In this document: in pieces, positions 61,778 through 64,000 of the stretch
Numbering within the stretch: the first letter of the stretch is position 1
How the letters are laid out: the number at the start of each line of letters is the position of its first letter
Assembly (NCBI GenBank): GCA_051251915.1
Contig: JBPOGF010000012.1
Location: 1-64,000, forward strand
Direction: 5' to 3'
Length of the DNA stretch: 64,000 nt
From: Akkermansiaceae bacterium
GTDB lineage: Bacteria > Verrucomicrobiota > Verrucomicrobiia > Verrucomicrobiales > Akkermansiaceae
Made by a program: the position numbers and the translations under genes
Notes under the pieces: generated by a model
What the model was told of the DNA's origin: nothing
Databases searched by the model: none
The model's input: the letters and a program-made list of their open reading frames with translations, nothing else

Positions 61778-64000
61778 TTACTGAGGGAAATACTTCGCTA
61801 GATGAGGGTATTTCTTCCTGATGCTTTGCTGCTTTAGGAACAGCGTCTTCTTCTGTTCAGTCACTAGATGGTTAAAATTCACCAGCTGTTTTTCTAGCTG
61901 CGCATCTTTGACCACTAATTGCCAATGAAAAAGCTTCTCCCCCTCCACCTTCTCCACATGAGGCCCCAGCACTTTGACTATCGCCTCACTATTCTTTTTC
62001 AGTAATTTGTTCTTATTAAATTTGAGAGTGATTTCTTTTGGAGTATTTCCAGGCCTCCTTAACTCCACTCGCGCTTCCCACATGTTACCATCGTCAGATA
62101 GTTTCTTGACCTTCACTAGAGGCTGATTCGTGGCGATGAAATTAAGCGACTTCTCTTTTTGAGTATTCGCGAGTAACAGCATATCTCGCTCTGTTGCCGT
62201 TTCCTTTTGCCAGATCTGTCTAGCCTCAAGCGCTTCTTTCTCCTCCTTAGCCGCATTAAGCTTTTGTTTTTCCTCTAGCTCAGCGAGTAGCTTTTCTTGC
62301 TTGGCCGCTTCCTCCTGCTGCTTCTGAGTAAAGTTAAGCTCATCCCCTATCAGCCCCTCTATCTCGGCTCTCAAAACGGAAGTTTCTATCGCCCATTCAC
62401 CTTTCTCCAGTGCATCTACTCCAGCCAGAGCCTCATTATATTGCTTCAAGCCCACTAAATCTTTGATCTCAGTAATAGCAGCCAACGCTTCCTGCTGCAG
62501 CTTCTCATTCCGAGCCTCCGCCTCTGGATCAAGCTCCACTTTCCCCACAGCAGGAACTAGCTCCCCCTCCTCACTATGGGAATCTTCACTACCTCCACCC
62601 ATACCCGCTACAGCGGTCTCAGTATTTTTAGCCTGAAAAACCTGATACCCCACAACCCCAACCGCCACTAATAACCCTGCCGCTATCACCCCCTTGGTCT
62701 TCCCCTTGGAAACACTAGTGCTATCCTTCGGAACGCTACCCGCCCGAGCTTCCGTTTTGGTTTGAGGTTTCATCTCCCGCTCTACCTTTTTAAACTCCTC
62801 TTCCTTCCTTTCCGCCACCTCGTCCTCCCGAGCAAGAACTGTATCTCCCTTTAAAAGAGACGCTCTATCAACTACCACTGGAGAAGCTATTTCCACACTG
62901 TTTGAAATTTTACTATCCTCAGAACTCATGCTCTTCCCATTCACATTCAGCTCGTAAAGATGATGAAACATTTCAGCACAAGATTCAGGATGCTCACTAG
63001 CCCCAATCACCTCTCTCAAATAGTCATTACTTTCCTCAGAAAATAATGAACTAGGAACATAAGCCGTTTTGCTTAAAAATGCAGTTTGCTTAATTGGCAT
63101 TCCAGTATGAAGCCTGTAAACCAATGCCGCAAACCCAGTGACAGAATCAGGAGCCAGATCCTCACCTGCAATTGTCTTCATATTAAGTTCACTATCATCA
63201 TTCGGAGCCAAACGAGGCAAAATCATTACCTCTAACTTATCAGATTTCACACACTCTGACCACTCCTCCTCACTCAGAGGCTCTTTATGAGGGTGATCAG
63301 TATCTCCTAAGTGAATAAATTTATCATCAAGTTCTAGCTGAGTAAATCCAGCATTCGACGCCTGATCGATGGCCTTCCCTAACTTCTCGAAAACTAATCT
63401 ATAGTCTTCAATGTTCAGCTTCTTATGAGACTTCAACAGACCAGAAAGCTTACCTCTAAGTAATGGCTCACAATAATAAACCCTCTCACCATTATGCTCA
63501 CCATAACTCACAAACTGGATCACTTGGTTCCCTTCCAATTTACTCTCAAGTAAAGCTAGCTCCAGTTGAGGCACAGAGCTGCTGTTAGGTTTGTATAAAG
63601 TGCTAGTCTCATTCTCAGCCTCATTTGTGGCATAAAAATAATCCCCGTATGAAAAATGATGAATGAGCTCTAAATCCAACTCCTGACCTACTTCCGCCAC
63701 TAAATCCGCCTCCATCTCTCCCGCCTCAGCAGCACACTGCTCTTCACGGATCGCTCGGATTACATCCTCCGCTGTAGCGAAACGATCTTCCTTTTTCTTA
63801 CTTAAAAGCCTCCCTAAAATATACTTTCCATCCTCCTCAAGATCATCAGGTAATTGATGACTGTATTCTTCTTCCTGTAGTCTCGTATGCACCAGACTAG
63901 CTGTTGCCGCTCCACCAAATGGAGAACCACCACAAAGCACATACCATAAAGTCACACCAAGTGAAAACAGATCACTCCGTTCATCTAGCTCAAATTCGTG
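61778..64000 (-). CDS. Ser/Thr protein kinase (5' end outside the window) with second degenerate kinase-like domain, TM helix and coiled coil
   Basis: The frame is open to the window edge: HEFELDERSDLFSLGVTLWYVLCGGSPF (Hanks subdomain IX) and KKKEDRF (subdomain XI). Confidence 0.85.
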   Translation of the reverse strand, partial: HEFELDERSDLFSLGVTLWYVLCGGSPFGGAATASLVHTRLQEEEYSHQLPDDLEEDGKYILGRLLSKKKEDRFATAEDVIRAIREEQCAAEAGEMEADLVAEVGQELDLELIHHFSYGDYFYATNEAENETSTLYKPNSSSVPQLELALLESKLEGNQVIQFVSYGEHNGERVYYCEPLLRGKLSGLLKSHKKLNIEDYRLVFEKLGKAIDQASNAGFTQLELDDKFIHLGDTDHPHKEPLSEEEWSECVKSDKLEVMILPRLAPNDDSELNMKTIAGEDLAPDSVTGFAALVYRLHTGMPIKQTAFLSKTAYVPSSLFSEESNDYLREVIGASEHPESCAEMFHHLYELNVNGKSMSSEDSKISNSVEIASPVVVDRASLLKGDTVLAREDEVAERKEEEFKKVEREMKPQTKTEARAGSVPKDSTSVSKGKTKGVIAAGLLVAVGVVGYQVFQAKNTETAVAGMGGGSEDSHSEEGELVPAVGKVELDPEAEARNEKLQQEALAAITEIKDLVGLKQYNEALAGVDALEKGEWAIETSVLRAEIEGLIGDELNFTQKQQEEAAKQEKLLAELEEKQKLNAAKEEKEALEARQIWQKETATERDMLLLANTQKEKSLNFIATNQPLVKVKKLSDDGNMWEARVELRRPGNTPKEITLKFNKNKLLKKNSEAIVKVLGPHVEKVEGEKLFHWQLVVKDAQLEKQLVNFNHLVTEQKKTLFLKQQSIRKKYPHLAKYFPQ

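Overview
Bacterial chromosomal window, most likely from a verrucomicrobial (Rubritalea/Akkermansiaceae-like) genome. This is inferred from two PEP-CTERM proteins, gene content and cassette-type C-termini. The + strand is strongly C/A-rich in core genes of either orientation. The housekeeping backbone comprises infA, rplM-rpsI, clpB, purL, tRNA-Asp, rpoA-rplQ-rlmN, an AddA/RecB-type helicase-nuclease, rho, gpmI, a trehalose TPS/TPP + GH15 pair, ffh and a partial Ser/Thr kinase. Main unusual observations: (1) at 0.2-6 kb, an array of short shuffled sequence modules punctuated by a constant CAACCCAAG core, with two near-identical DUF2237 genes bracketing a QueC-like / PEP-CTERM / AlkP-TPR cargo; (2) an Spx/ArsC-family gene with an in-frame UGA at the first position of its redox CxxC plus a SECIS-like hairpin, a probable selenoprotein that the ORF track truncates; (3) a HAD phosphatase-FolB fusion; (4) a decayed integron-like cassette run at 20.2-24 kb with two IS110 remnants at equivalent positions and a HEPN protein; (5) a probable non-AUG start for an N-terminally extended IF-1; (6) a Rho with a 21-Asn run; (7) a KefC gene with a large in-frame internal deletion. 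All calls come from reading the sequence and recognising motifs by eye; no searches were run.
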